Shown one piece after another: positions 41,048-50,394 of a stretch of 64,000 nt of DNA. The stretch's first letter is position 1. Every line of letters starts with the position of its first letter. The stretch comes from Candidatus Poriferihabitaceae bacterium (GTDB lineage: Bacteria > Pseudomonadota > Gammaproteobacteria > Arenicellales > Poriferihabitantaceae), in NCBI GenBank assembly GCA_965237485.1, contig CBDEFQ010000003.1, positions 6,554-70,553 of the forward strand, read 5' to 3'. The translations under genes and the position numbers were made by a program. The notes below the pieces were generated by a model. That model searched no databases. It was not told the origin of the DNA and was given only the letters and a program-made list of their open reading frames with translations.

Positions 41048-41817
41048 TGACTGAAGCAGCATCAACGGCGACCGCCAATACACGGTCTGCCGTAAGTACC
41101 CTACAGGGCAAAGATCTTGTAAAGAAAATACGCGGCAAAACTATTGTCGACGGGGTTAGCGTAAAAGTGAGCAGCGGCGAAGTGGTGGGCTTACTCGGCC
41201 CCAACGGCGCGGGGAAAACCACCACTTTTAATATGATAATTGGCTTAATTCGCCACAACGAAGGCCAAGTATTATTCAACAACACGTCCATTGGCACGTT
41301 GGCGATGCATGATCGAGCCAGACTTGGAATTGGCTACCTACCGCAAGAACCTTCTATTTTCAGACGCCTTACCGTCGAAGAAAATATACTAGCCGTGCTG
41401 GAAGCAACCAACAAAGGCAACCCAGAATCTCGCAATAAGTTTGCCATGGCTATGCTCAAGGAATTTGGAGTGGACCATAAACAACATGCCATGGGTGTGA
41501 CGCTATCGGGCGGGGAACGACGACGCGTTGAGATTGCTAGAGCTGTGGCATTGGAGCCTTCTTTTATCCTACTTGATGAACCCTTTGCCGGCATCGACCC
41601 CTTGTCGGTAAAAGACATCCAAAGGGTGATTCGGGTGCTACAAAAGCGCGGAATTGGTGTCTTAATCACCGATCATAATGTGCGAGAAACACTGGGCATT
41701 TGTAATCGCGCATATATCCTAACCGACGGCAAAGTTTTGATCGGCGGCACGCCTGAACAAATCTTAAGCGATGAACGCGCCCGGCGCGCTTATTTAGGAG
41801 ACGATTTCACGCTCTAG
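41047..41817 (+). CDS. lptB: LPS export ABC transporter ATPase LptB
   Basis: 256 aa with Walker A GPNGAGKTT, signature LSGGERRR and Walker B ILLDEP. Confidence 0.95.
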   Translation: MTEAASTATANTRSAVSTLQGKDLVKKIRGKTIVDGVSVKVSSGEVVGLLGPNGAGKTTTFNMIIGLIRHNEGQVLFNNTSIGTLAMHDRARLGIGYLPQEPSIFRRLTVEENILAVLEATNKGNPESRNKFAMAMLKEFGVDHKQHAMGVTLSGGERRRVEIARAVALEPSFILLDEPFAGIDPLSVKDIQRVIRVLQKRGIGVLITDHNVRETLGICNRAYILTDGKVLIGGTPEQILSDERARRAYLGDDFTL

Positions 41818-42008
41818 CAATCATTCAAATGATTGCCCGCTATTCCCTTTAGTTAGCAAGACACAAATTCCGCCTTACGTTTAAGCCAGTAGTGTTGAAC
41901 AGCGTGCAAAAATGAACAGTTTCGTGGGTGATCAGCGTACAAAACTGAACACCTTTATTGTTAACTGTCTCGGAGCCATTAATCCGAGGAAACTGTCAGG
42001 TGATTTGT

Positions 42009-43507
42009 ATGCCTATATGTACCAAGATACGACGTTTGTGTTTAGTAGAAGGTCGCAAAGTAAGCGAGGTGTCGCGTGAATTCAATTTATCACGCACCAC
42101 TATTTATAAATATTTAAACAACGCGCCAAGCGAACCTGAATATCAGCGGTCGGTGCCAATAGTCTGTCCGAAGCTGGATAAGTTCAAACCTCAGTTGATC
42201 AATTTGCTTGAAGTGGACGCAGCTCGCTCAGTGCGAGAAAGACGTAATGCAGTTCAACTGTATGAAGAGATTGAGTTGCAAGGGTATCGAGGGGCTTATG
42301 ACAGCGTTCAACGGTCTGTCAAAGCGTGGAAGGATCACTCGCGGTCATGTATTAAACAAGCATTTGTGCCATTGGTTTTTGCACCAGGTGAAGCCTGTCG
42401 TTTGATTGGTCACATGAACAAGTCATTCTGGGTGGGTTTGGTGTCAAGATCAAACTAGCCCACTTTCGTTTATGTCATTCGCGTAAATCATATCTTAGGG
42501 CCTATCCCAGAGAAACACAGGAGAGGGTGTTTGATGCACATATTCGGGCGTTTGATTTCTTTGAGGGCTTACCTCAGAAGATGATATACGATCACCCTAA
42601 GACCATAGTCAGTGCATTGTTTAAGGGTAAGCGGCGTGAGTTTAATCGCCGCTTTCTAAGCCGGATGAATCATTATCTGATTGAACCGATTGCCTGTACA
42701 CCGGCAGCGGGTTGGGAGAAAGGCCAGGTTGAACGTCAGGTCGGTGTTATGCGCCAAAGGCTGTTTGTTCCACGGGTGCGCTTTGCTGATTTAGATGAAT
42801 TAAACCAATGGCTGGAGCAACGTTGTGCTCGACTTGGTGAACGCCCACACCCGACTGACAAATCAAGATTAATTGATGAAGTGTTTGCCGAGGAGCAGCC
42901 GAGCTTACGTCCCGCGATGGTAGCCTTTGATGGATATTATGAGCGTTTGGCGCGTGTGCATAAAACCTGTGTGGTGCACTACGACCGCAATCAATACTCC
43001 GTACCCTGTCGGTATGTTGGCCAAGCTGTTTCTGTTAGAGCCTATGCAGATAGGATTAAAGTCGTGGTTGACGATGTGGAAGTGACTTCACATGCTCGCT
43101 GTTTCGGTCGTCATCAAATGATCTTTGATCCTTGGCATTATCTGCCCGTACTGGAGATTAAACCTGGCGCATTACGCAATGGCGCACCGTTTGTTGATTG
43201 GGATTTACCCAAGGCACTGCTAACACTCAAAAAACAGTACCTCAAACGTGATGGCGGTGACCGAGAGTTTGTACCATTGTTACTATTGATTCACCAGCAT
43301 GGCTTGGAAACAGTCACGGTGGCCTGTGAGCGGGCATTAGATGCCAATACGACTCAGCTATCAGTCATTACCAATTTGGTGCATCGGTTAACGGAACCTG
43401 ATTCGGCCCAAGTGATGACAATTACCAATGCGCCTGTATTAGCTGTCCCCTCGGCAGCGAACGTGACCCGCTATGACCCGCTGTGCGCGGAGGTGAGCCA
43501 TGCTTGA
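42009..43507 (+). pseudogene. istA: IS21-family transposase IstA, frameshifted
   Basis: One base is missing near 42399 relative to copy 2 (CCTGTCGTTTGATTGG against CCTGTCAGTTTGATTGG). This splits the gene into ORFs 41958-42458 and 42527-43507. Confidence 0.85.
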
Positions 43508-44252
43508 ACTTGTTGATGATCTTAAAGCCCTTAAACTACACGGTATGGCACCATGCTTACCTGAGTTGATAGATTCGCCTCGTTCTAAAGTAACGTTGCA
43601 ATCTGGGTTAATTAAATTGATGGATGCCGAGCGAACGGACCGAGAAGTGAGGCGGCTTAACTACCCAATGAAGGTGGCTAAATTCCCTCATCACCGTGAT
43701 TTACAGCAATTTGACTTTACCCAGAGCGAAGTTGAACCCGCGCTCATCGAGGATTTGTCTCAGGCTGACTATATGGACAGAGCCCATAACCTCATCTTTG
43801 TCGGTGGCACTGGAACAGGCAAAACCCATTTAGCTACGGCCTTAGGCATTAAAGCCATTCATTCAGGTCATCGGGTTCGGTTTTACAATGTGGTGGACCT
43901 GGTTAATCTGCTGATCAAAGAACAGCAGGATGAGAAGCAGGGGCGGCTAGCACGAATTATGCAACCGTTAGATGCGGTGATATTCGATGAGCTGGGATAT
44001 TTACCCTTCCCCGCATCGGGTGGCGCACTATTATTCCACCTGATCAGCAAGCTATACGAGAAAACCTCCATCGTGTTTACCACCAAGCTTAATGTCAGTG
44101 AATGGGTGCAGGTATTTGGCGACGAGAAAATGACCACGGCTTTGCTCGACAGAGTGACTCATCATTGCTCAATTATTGAAACGGGTAACGACTCATATCG
44201 ATTCAAGCAGTCTAGTGCTAAAGCAAAGCTCAAGACTGTCACTAAAAAATAA
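43500..44252 (+). CDS. istB: IS21-family helper ATPase IstB
   Basis: 250 aa with Walker A GGTGTGKTHLA and Walker B VIFDELGY. Confidence 0.9.
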   Translation: MLELVDDLKALKLHGMAPCLPELIDSPRSKVTLQSGLIKLMDAERTDREVRRLNYPMKVAKFPHHRDLQQFDFTQSEVEPALIEDLSQADYMDRAHNLIFVGGTGTGKTHLATALGIKAIHSGHRVRFYNVVDLVNLLIKEQQDEKQGRLARIMQPLDAVIFDELGYLPFPASGGALLFHLISKLYEKTSIVFTTKLNVSEWVQVFGDEKMTTALLDRVTHHCSIIETGNDSYRFKQSSAKAKLKTVTKK

Positions 44253-44333
44253 CATCGCAAGAAAGCAGGATTGATTCATCAACTCAAGTTTCGCTACGCT
44301 TCACTTGAGTTGATGATAAAGAAATATTATTGT

Positions 44334-45536
44334 GAGAGTGCAGCATAACTCATCGAGTATCTACATAATTTGTTAAAATTAGGCATGCAAAAACCATTCG
44401 CCACCCAACGAGATTTATTAGTATCAAGATCAGATTTGGATCATCCAATTCTGCATAGTCTTGATGATACAGAAGTGCTATTAGATTGGAGCGAAATAGA
44501 GACACTGCTTTCATCTATTTATGCTGGCACTACTGGCCGCCCTAGTTATCCATTACTTAGTTTGTTCCGCAGCTTGATGCTGGGAATTTGGTATGAACTG
44601 TCGGATAGGGAGTTAGCACAGTGCTTATTTAGAGATTTATTGTTTCGTAAGTTTTGCCGCTTTGAGTTAGGCGGCGATGTACCTGAAGCTTCGACCCTTG
44701 GGCGCTTTCGTAACCAGTTAATGGAGCACGAACTGTGGGATCGCTTGCTAGGTGAGATCAATCGTCAACTTGAAGCGAAGAACATTATTATGAGCAAGGG
44801 GCGCATCAACATTATAGATGCAACACCTATAGAAGCGGCTCGTTCTGGAAATGGTAACGGCAAAGACGGGACGCCTAAGCGAGACCCTGAAGCGAGCTGG
44901 CATGTCAAAAATGACAGCCGAGGTCGAAAGAAGTCTACCTATGGCTACTCAGTGCATACGGGAGTTGATGAGGATGGGTTTGTTCAGCGCCAGAATGTGA
45001 CGCCAGGGCATGTTCATGACAGCCAACTGCGCGATGAATTGCTGTTGGGCGATGAGACTGCCCTATATGCTGATGCGGCGTATAGTTCTGAGGAGACGCG
45101 AGATAAACTGGAGCAACTTGGAATTGATGATCAGGTTCAACGCAAGGGCTATCGAGGTAATCCGTTGTCAGATGCAGACCGTACCCGTAATGCAGTTATT
45201 GCGGTAACGCGAGCAGGTGGCGAACGGCTCTTTGCGACTTACAAGCAGCATTATGGTTTAGCTCGCACTCGGTTCATGGGGCTAGCGAAGAACCAGACTG
45301 TTTACGGCCTAGCGGCGATGGCAGCGAATATCCGTAAAGGTGCTAAGTTCTTAAGCTTGTATGGCTTGCCTGATTGGCACTATGCTGGATAGTTGTGCCT
45401 TTAATATGGCTTAGGTGCTCGAATTGATAAAATAGTGACTAAATGATGATCGAATACGCGAAACTGGGCAAATATAGCTCAAAAAATGAGTGCTTCGAAA
45501 ATATCAAACTAAAATCGTGAGTTACGCTGCGCTCTC
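44334..45536 (+). mobile_element. IS5-a, copy B, nested in the right arm of IS21-b
   Basis: Same IRs as copy A. Direct repeat ATTGT at 44329-44333 and 45537-45541. Confidence 0.9.
44370..45392 (+). CDS. IS5-family transposase
   Basis: 340 aa, differing from ORF 26592-27614 at a few residues. Confidence 0.9.
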   Translation: MLKLGMQKPFATQRDLLVSRSDLDHPILHSLDDTEVLLDWSEIETLLSSIYAGTTGRPSYPLLSLFRSLMLGIWYELSDRELAQCLFRDLLFRKFCRFELGGDVPEASTLGRFRNQLMEHELWDRLLGEINRQLEAKNIIMSKGRINIIDATPIEAARSGNGNGKDGTPKRDPEASWHVKNDSRGRKKSTYGYSVHTGVDEDGFVQRQNVTPGHVHDSQLRDELLLGDETALYADAAYSSEETRDKLEQLGIDDQVQRKGYRGNPLSDADRTRNAVIAVTRAGGERLFATYKQHYGLARTRFMGLAKNQTVYGLAAMAANIRKGAKFLSLYGLPDWHYAG

Positions 45537-45605
45537 ATTGTATTTAATTGTTCAGTTTTACTCGCTGACAGGTGTCCAGTTTTAAACGCTGATTGACACT
45601 TTAAA

Positions 45606-45767
45606 CCTAGATAAATCAGTTAAACGCGGAAAAGACATGTAAGCAATTGAAGTGCATAGTGAAATCAAAAAAGTCGCGGTCACCTTATTGGTGATAAGTT
45701 TTTTTTGATTTTGCTAGGTGCATCAAGAGCTTGCATGGACTTTCGTGTTTTAACTGATTTATCTAGG
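45606..45767 (-). mobile_element. MITE copy 2 (162 bp)
   Basis: 5-bp duplication TTAAA at 45601-45605 and 45768-45772. Opposite orientation to copies 1 and 3. Confidence 0.9.
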
Positions 45768-45801
45768 TTAAAGGGGTCTGACCCCTTTTGCTACTTTTGC
45801 T

Positions 45802-45894
45802 ACGAATGGGCTAATGCTAATCATCGATATATCGTGTGGAACGACAATGAGTCAACTTGCTAGACAAAAAGTCCATACCCAATGTTGCGTAATC
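45802..45894 (+). mobile_element. Right-end relic of IS256-b (93 bp)
   Basis: ACGAATGGGCTAATGCTAATCATCG...GTTGCGTAATC matches 18242-18334 with one difference. Confidence 0.85.
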
Positions 45895-45924
45895 TTCTTG
45901 TGCTATTTTCGGAGATGCCCTATA

Positions 45925-46029
45925 GTGAAACAACTCACAGATTTGAAAGCAATTTTGCACTCAAAACGAGCTAACATTTATTATCTGGACAAGTGCAGGG
46001 TAATGCAAAAAAGCGGCCGGGTTCTTTGA
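45925..46029 (+). pseudogene. cas1: Relic of a type I-F cas1 N-terminus (about 34 codons)
   Basis: VKQLTDLKAILHSKRANIYYLDKCRVMQKSGRVL* matches the I-F Cas1 N-terminal signature as I recall it from Pseudomonas/Yersinia (LKTILHSKRANLYYLQHCRV..NGGRVEYV). Similarity ends at about 46026. Confidence 0.55.
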
Positions 46030-46062
46030 GTGTCTTTTTATACATCCTTCTTCCGTGGACGT

Positions 46063-46190
46063 AAAAAAGCCCCCAAAAAAAGCCCCCACTGGGAGGGCTC
46101 CGGGAATTGCTTGAAAGCAGAGCCGACGGAAAATTCATTCCATTGGTATGAAAAGCAAGTCAATAGGCCTTGGTCGGTCACACTAAATCT
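46063..46190 (-). ncRNA. tracrRNA candidate, divergent from cas9
   Basis: Anti-repeat at 46163-46184 pairs with 22 nt of the repeat (20 Watson-Crick plus 2 G-U, only if both RNAs come from the minus strand). It is followed by hairpins and an intrinsic terminator GCCCUC-CCAGU-GGGGGC-U7 (46075-46098). The 5' and 3' ends are approximate. Confidence 0.6.
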
Positions 46191-46211
46191 AATTATACAG
46201 GAAAACATATT

Positions 46212-49200
46212 ATGAGTGAACAAAAAACACAAAAAATATTGGGTTTGGATTTAGGCAGCAACTCGATTGGTTGGGCCGTACTGAGGGCAAGCAATAAAAA
46301 ACCCGATTCTATTATTGCTGCAGGTAGTCGAATATTTAATAAGGCAGTTGAAGAGAAAACACCCACCCCCAAGAATGTTAAACGACGAAATAAACGGCTA
46401 GGGCGACGTGTTTTACAACGCAGGGCAAGGCGTAAGCTAAAAATGATGCGTTATTTGATTAAGCTCAACTTACTTCCTGAGGACATTCTAAATTCCCAAC
46501 AACCCGAGGTGATATTAAATGACTTGGGTGACCCTTACCACTTGAGAGCAAAAGGGCTTGATAAAAAACTGAAGCGTTATGAATTAGGCAGAGTTTTACT
46601 TCATCTTGTACAGCGGCGCGGGTTTTTAAGCAATCGAAAGACCGTTTTGGGTAACATGATTGATGACCCTGATGTCCTTGAGATATTGGCAGGGAAAGAC
46701 GACGATGCAAGCAATTTATCCGCAGAGCAGGCAAAAGAAGAAACGACGTTTAAAGCAGACATTTCAACATTAAAAGAAACCATACAAAATGCAAATTGTA
46801 GGACGCTTGGAGAATACCTTGCGTCATTAAGTCATCACGAAAGTCAACGAAATAGAGCACGGGATGGCGGGCATCTACGCACCGACCGTCAAATGTATCG
46901 AGAGGAGTTACGCCTAATCTGGGAAACACAGCAACAATATTCTCCAGCACTGGACGACCAAGTAAAAAAGCAAATTGAAGAAATTATTACTACCCAACGG
47001 CCGTTGAGATTAAGAGCGGATAGAGTCGGAAAATGTTCACTTGAGCACAAAAATAATCGGGCGAGAATGGCGCGACTGGAAGCGCAAAAGTTTCGATATC
47101 TGCAAGACATTAATAATTTAAAATTCTCTTGTCCTCAAACAGGTCGCGAGAGGCCGCTCTCATTGGATGACAAGGCGCGCCTTGTCGAATTATTTGAAAC
47201 TGATCTTAAGGTAAATCTAACTAAAATAAAAAAGATCATCGGCCTGGGAAATCGCTTGAAGCTGAATCTTGAAAGTAAAAACATTAAACCCAACATAACC
47301 GCCTGTAAGATAAGGCAAGTATTACCTGAATGGGATGATTTTGACGAATTAAAGCAATCTGCCTTGGCTGAGGATTTAATCACATTCACCAAAAAATCAA
47401 AACTACAAAAGCGATTAATTAATCACTGGGAGTTTGATATAAACATAGCCATTGAACTATGTTTACTCGAATTTGAACCGGGGCACAGTAACTTATCAAC
47501 CAAGGCAATAAAAAAACTTTTGCCCTTCCTAAAGCAAGGCCAGATATATTCAGATGCTCGAAAAAGTGCGGGCTATGGCTATGAGACAAAAGAACTAGAG
47601 CCGACACAAAGGTTGGGCAGCCCTCGTAAAACATCAAACCCTATTGTCAATAAAGCGTTGCATGAGTTAAGACGCATAATCAATGCTGTTATCAAAGAAT
47701 ACGGCAAACCGGATATTATTCGTATTGAAATGGCGCGCGACTTGGAAATGAATACCAAACGCTACAAACGCCGTATTAGCCAGCAAAATTCGAATGAAAA
47801 GGCCAATCAGGAAGCCACGGATAAATATCGACAAATGGCAAAGATGTATCCACATTTAGGTCTATCTCACTACCCCAGTCAGACGGACAAAGTACGCTAC
47901 AGACTGTGGACAGATCAAAATGAGTGTTGCGCCTACAGTGGCAAGGCAATCAATTTATCCACCCTATTCAGTAGTGGTGAAATCGAGATTGATCATATCG
48001 TGCCATACAGTCAGTCATTAGATGATTCCTACATGAATAAGGTTGTCTGCTATGCCCGCGAGAACCGTTACAAGGGACAACGCACACCCATTGATGCGTT
48101 TGGCGATAATGAAGAAAAATGGAATCAGCTTACCCAGGCAGTAGAGCGATGGGATGAAAGAGCACTGAAAAGTAAAAAAAGGCGCTTTTACTTAACTAAT
48201 GAAGATGTTTTAGAGCGTGACTTTGCGAGTAGCCAATTAAACGATACACGTTATATCAGTCGCCGGGCGTTGGAATATGTTAGTCAATTAGGTGCTGATG
48301 TTAATGTGACCAAAGGAATTTTAGTATCGCAGTTACGGTGGCAATGGGGTTTGAATAGCTTAATTGGTAAAACTCATGAAAAAGAGCGCACAGACCATCG
48401 CCACCATGCCATTGATGCGATTGTAATAGCTTGTGTAGACCGTAATTTCCATAAGCAACTAACACGTATTGCACGAGAAGCTGAAAAGCAAGCAAGCGAA
48501 CTAAAAGTAAGAGACATCCCTATTCCTAAACCATGGAAGCAGCTAAAACAAGATGCGCAAAAAGTAATTGAAAGCATCATCGTGTCACATTCACCGCAGC
48601 GCAAGATTACCGGAGGTTTGCACGAAGAAACCGGTGTGGGGTTCATTGAAAAGCTGGGGGCAACGGTTTACCGCGTTGATTTAAATGGTGATTTCTCATC
48701 CGGTAGAGCAAAGAAAATTGTTGACGAAAATGTAAAAGAAATCATTACCCGACACTTGGCAAAATATGCCAACGATCCAAAAAAGGCTTTTGCAGAAAAT
48801 ATCACGGTTTTCCACAAAGATGGCAAGACCCCGATTAAGCGTGTCCGAATTGTACAATCAAAGACGAATCTGAAAAAACTAGAACAATCCAAGTTTGGCG
48901 TTAAAAATAAGCGCGGCGAGGTGTTCAAGTGGATGGCGTATGGCAACATCCATCATGTCGAAATTATTCGTAACAAATTGACGGGTAAAATCAGAGGAGA
49001 GTTTGTGACAGCGATGGAAGCGAGCAAACGAGCCAAGGGTATCGGCGCACCCAAACAAAACATCGTCAAAACAGACCACGGTGAAAATTTTGAATTCTTA
49101 ATGGTATTGCATACTAATGATTTGGTGGAAATCAACACCAATGGGGGAAAACAAATTTACAGAGTACAAAAAATCTCTCCTGGCACAAATATGGTTTCAT

Positions 49201-49328
49201 TTCGACTTCATACCGCCGCAAATTTAGATAATAAACTCGAGGGTATTAATATAACAGTTAATAATGATTTTTTTGATAAACGGAAGATATCTAAACTTAA
49301 CCTAAATGCGATTGGTATTAAAGTGTGA
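46212..49328 (+). CDS. cas9: Type II-C CRISPR-associated endonuclease Cas9 (1038 aa from the MSEQ start)
   Basis: RuvC-I ILGLDLGSNSIGWA (Asp codon 46248-46250), Arg-rich bridge helix, RuvC-II IIRIEMARDL, HNH EIDHIVPYS...NKV (Asp-His 47991-47996), RuvC-III HHAIDA (48402-48416). The track ORF starts at 46170, but the MSEQKTQKILGLD start at 46212 fits Cas9 N-termini. Confidence 0.95.
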   Translation: MSEQKTQKILGLDLGSNSIGWAVLRASNKKPDSIIAAGSRIFNKAVEEKTPTPKNVKRRNKRLGRRVLQRRARRKLKMMRYLIKLNLLPEDILNSQQPEVILNDLGDPYHLRAKGLDKKLKRYELGRVLLHLVQRRGFLSNRKTVLGNMIDDPDVLEILAGKDDDASNLSAEQAKEETTFKADISTLKETIQNANCRTLGEYLASLSHHESQRNRARDGGHLRTDRQMYREELRLIWETQQQYSPALDDQVKKQIEEIITTQRPLRLRADRVGKCSLEHKNNRARMARLEAQKFRYLQDINNLKFSCPQTGRERPLSLDDKARLVELFETDLKVNLTKIKKIIGLGNRLKLNLESKNIKPNITACKIRQVLPEWDDFDELKQSALAEDLITFTKKSKLQKRLINHWEFDINIAIELCLLEFEPGHSNLSTKAIKKLLPFLKQGQIYSDARKSAGYGYETKELEPTQRLGSPRKTSNPIVNKALHELRRIINAVIKEYGKPDIIRIEMARDLEMNTKRYKRRISQQNSNEKANQEATDKYRQMAKMYPHLGLSHYPSQTDKVRYRLWTDQNECCAYSGKAINLSTLFSSGEIEIDHIVPYSQSLDDSYMNKVVCYARENRYKGQRTPIDAFGDNEEKWNQLTQAVERWDERALKSKKRRFYLTNEDVLERDFASSQLNDTRYISRRALEYVSQLGADVNVTKGILVSQLRWQWGLNSLIGKTHEKERTDHRHHAIDAIVIACVDRNFHKQLTRIAREAEKQASELKVRDIPIPKPWKQLKQDAQKVIESIIVSHSPQRKITGGLHEETGVGFIEKLGATVYRVDLNGDFSSGRAKKIVDENVKEIITRHLAKYANDPKKAFAENITVFHKDGKTPIKRVRIVQSKTNLKKLEQSKFGVKNKRGEVFKWMAYGNIHHVEIIRNKLTGKIRGEFVTAMEASKRAKGIGAPKQNIVKTDHGENFEFLMVLHTNDLVEINTNGGKQIYRVQKISPGTNMVSFRLHTAANLDNKLEGINITVNNDFFDKRKISKLNLNAIGIKV

Positions 49329-50320
49329 TAAAACGTGTCATTGACATCAGCCAGCAATCTTGTCTTTCGCTCACTAACAAACAGTTGTTGGTTAAGCAAG
49401 AGCATGAGGTGACCGCCAAGATTCCTGTCGAAGATGTCGGTGTGTTAATTTTGCAACACCCAGCCATTGTTATCACCCAAGCCGTAATAATCGCATTACA
49501 ACAAAATAACGCCGCCGTTTTGTTTTGTGATGCACGACATTTGCCTTACTCAATTACATTACCTATTTCTGATGGGCACTCTCTGCACAGTAAGATTTTA
49601 CAACAACAAATTCAGGTCAGCTCTCCCACTAAAAAGAGGCTTTGGCAACAAGTGGTGAAGCATAAGATTAGCGCACAGGTTAACACCCTAAAAAGGACGA
49701 TATCAATCGAAGATAAACCCTTATTACGGCTGGCCCAGAATGTGAAATCCGGCGACCCCGAAAACTATGAAGCGCAAGCCGCCCGACGTTATTGGCAACT
49801 ATTATTCGGCAAACAATTCCGCCGGAATACCGAAGCCGAAGGGATAAATTCGTTGCTCAATTATGGCTATGCAATCGTGCGCGGCATTATTGCAAGAGCA
49901 ATTGCCGGTGCTGGTTTGCACCCAGCCATTGGCATTCATCATCGCAATCAATATAACGGTTTAAATCTGGCCGATGACTTGATGGAGCCTTTTCGGCCAT
50001 GGATGGATAAACTGGTATATGACCTGGCCAAACAAGGACAAACGGAAATAAACCAGAAAACAAAGAAAGTCTTACTGGACATACCAAGTAAGAGTGTCCG
50101 ATGGCATCGCGAGGAAATGCCATTAATGGTTGCCAGTCATTATCTACTGGCTGAATTCAAGCGATCTCTATTTTCTTCTGACAAACCAAAATTGAGTTAT
50201 CCGACGTCAATTGAAGAGATGCCTGCATTAAACCTAGATAAATCAGTTAAACACGAAAGTCCATGCAAGCTCTTGATGCACCTAGCAAAATCAAAAAAAA
50301 CCTTATCACCAATAAGGTGA
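49325..50320 (+). CDS. cas1: CRISPR-associated endonuclease Cas1 (type II), C-terminus rewritten by a MITE
   Basis: The GTG start overlaps the cas9 stop (GTGA). Motifs NYGYAIVRG and NLADDLMEPFRP are present. From 50233 the ORF runs into MITE sequence. The native end would be ...MPALNVDT with its stop at 50410-50412. Confidence 0.9.
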   Translation: MIKRVIDISQQSCLSLTNKQLLVKQEHEVTAKIPVEDVGVLILQHPAIVITQAVIIALQQNNAAVLFCDARHLPYSITLPISDGHSLHSKILQQQIQVSSPTKKRLWQQVVKHKISAQVNTLKRTISIEDKPLLRLAQNVKSGDPENYEAQAARRYWQLLFGKQFRRNTEAEGINSLLNYGYAIVRGIIARAIAGAGLHPAIGIHHRNQYNGLNLADDLMEPFRPWMDKLVYDLAKQGQTEINQKTKKVLLDIPSKSVRWHREEMPLMVASHYLLAEFKRSLFSSDKPKLSYPTSIEEMPALNLDKSVKHESPCKLLMHLAKSKKTLSPIR

Positions 50321-50394
50321 CCGCGACTTTTTTGATTTCACTATGCACTTCAATTGCTTACATGTCTTTTCCGCGTTTAACTGATTTATCTAGG
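50233..50394 (+). mobile_element. MITE copy 3 (162 bp) at the cas1/cas2 junction
   Basis: 5-bp duplication TTAAA at 50228-50232 and 50395-50399. It differs from copy 1 by one A. Confidence 0.9.

Larger units (their letters stand above)
41893..45598 (+). mobile_element. IS21-family element (IS21-b), copy 1, carrying a nested IS5 copy
   Basis: Left end TGTTGAACAGCGTGCAAAAATGAACAG. Right end revcomp TGTCAATCAGCGTTTAAAACTGGACAC. Contains istA and istB. No flanking target duplication visible. A second copy starts at 63254. Confidence 0.8.

Noticed and set aside
45773-45792. Hairpin AAAGGGG-TCTGA-CCCCTTTT as a terminator
   Set aside because: No gene ends upstream of it in the present arrangement, where it is flanked by a MITE and an IS relic. 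It may be a fossil terminator, so it is noted only in the 17-mer finding.
46030-46232. Two overlapping small ORFs (46030-46215 plus strand, 46038-46232 minus strand) and the upstream cas9 start at 46170
   Set aside because: They cover the tracrRNA candidate and its terminator. The cas9 N-terminus aligns with typical Cas9 starts only from MSEQKTQKILGLD at 46212.
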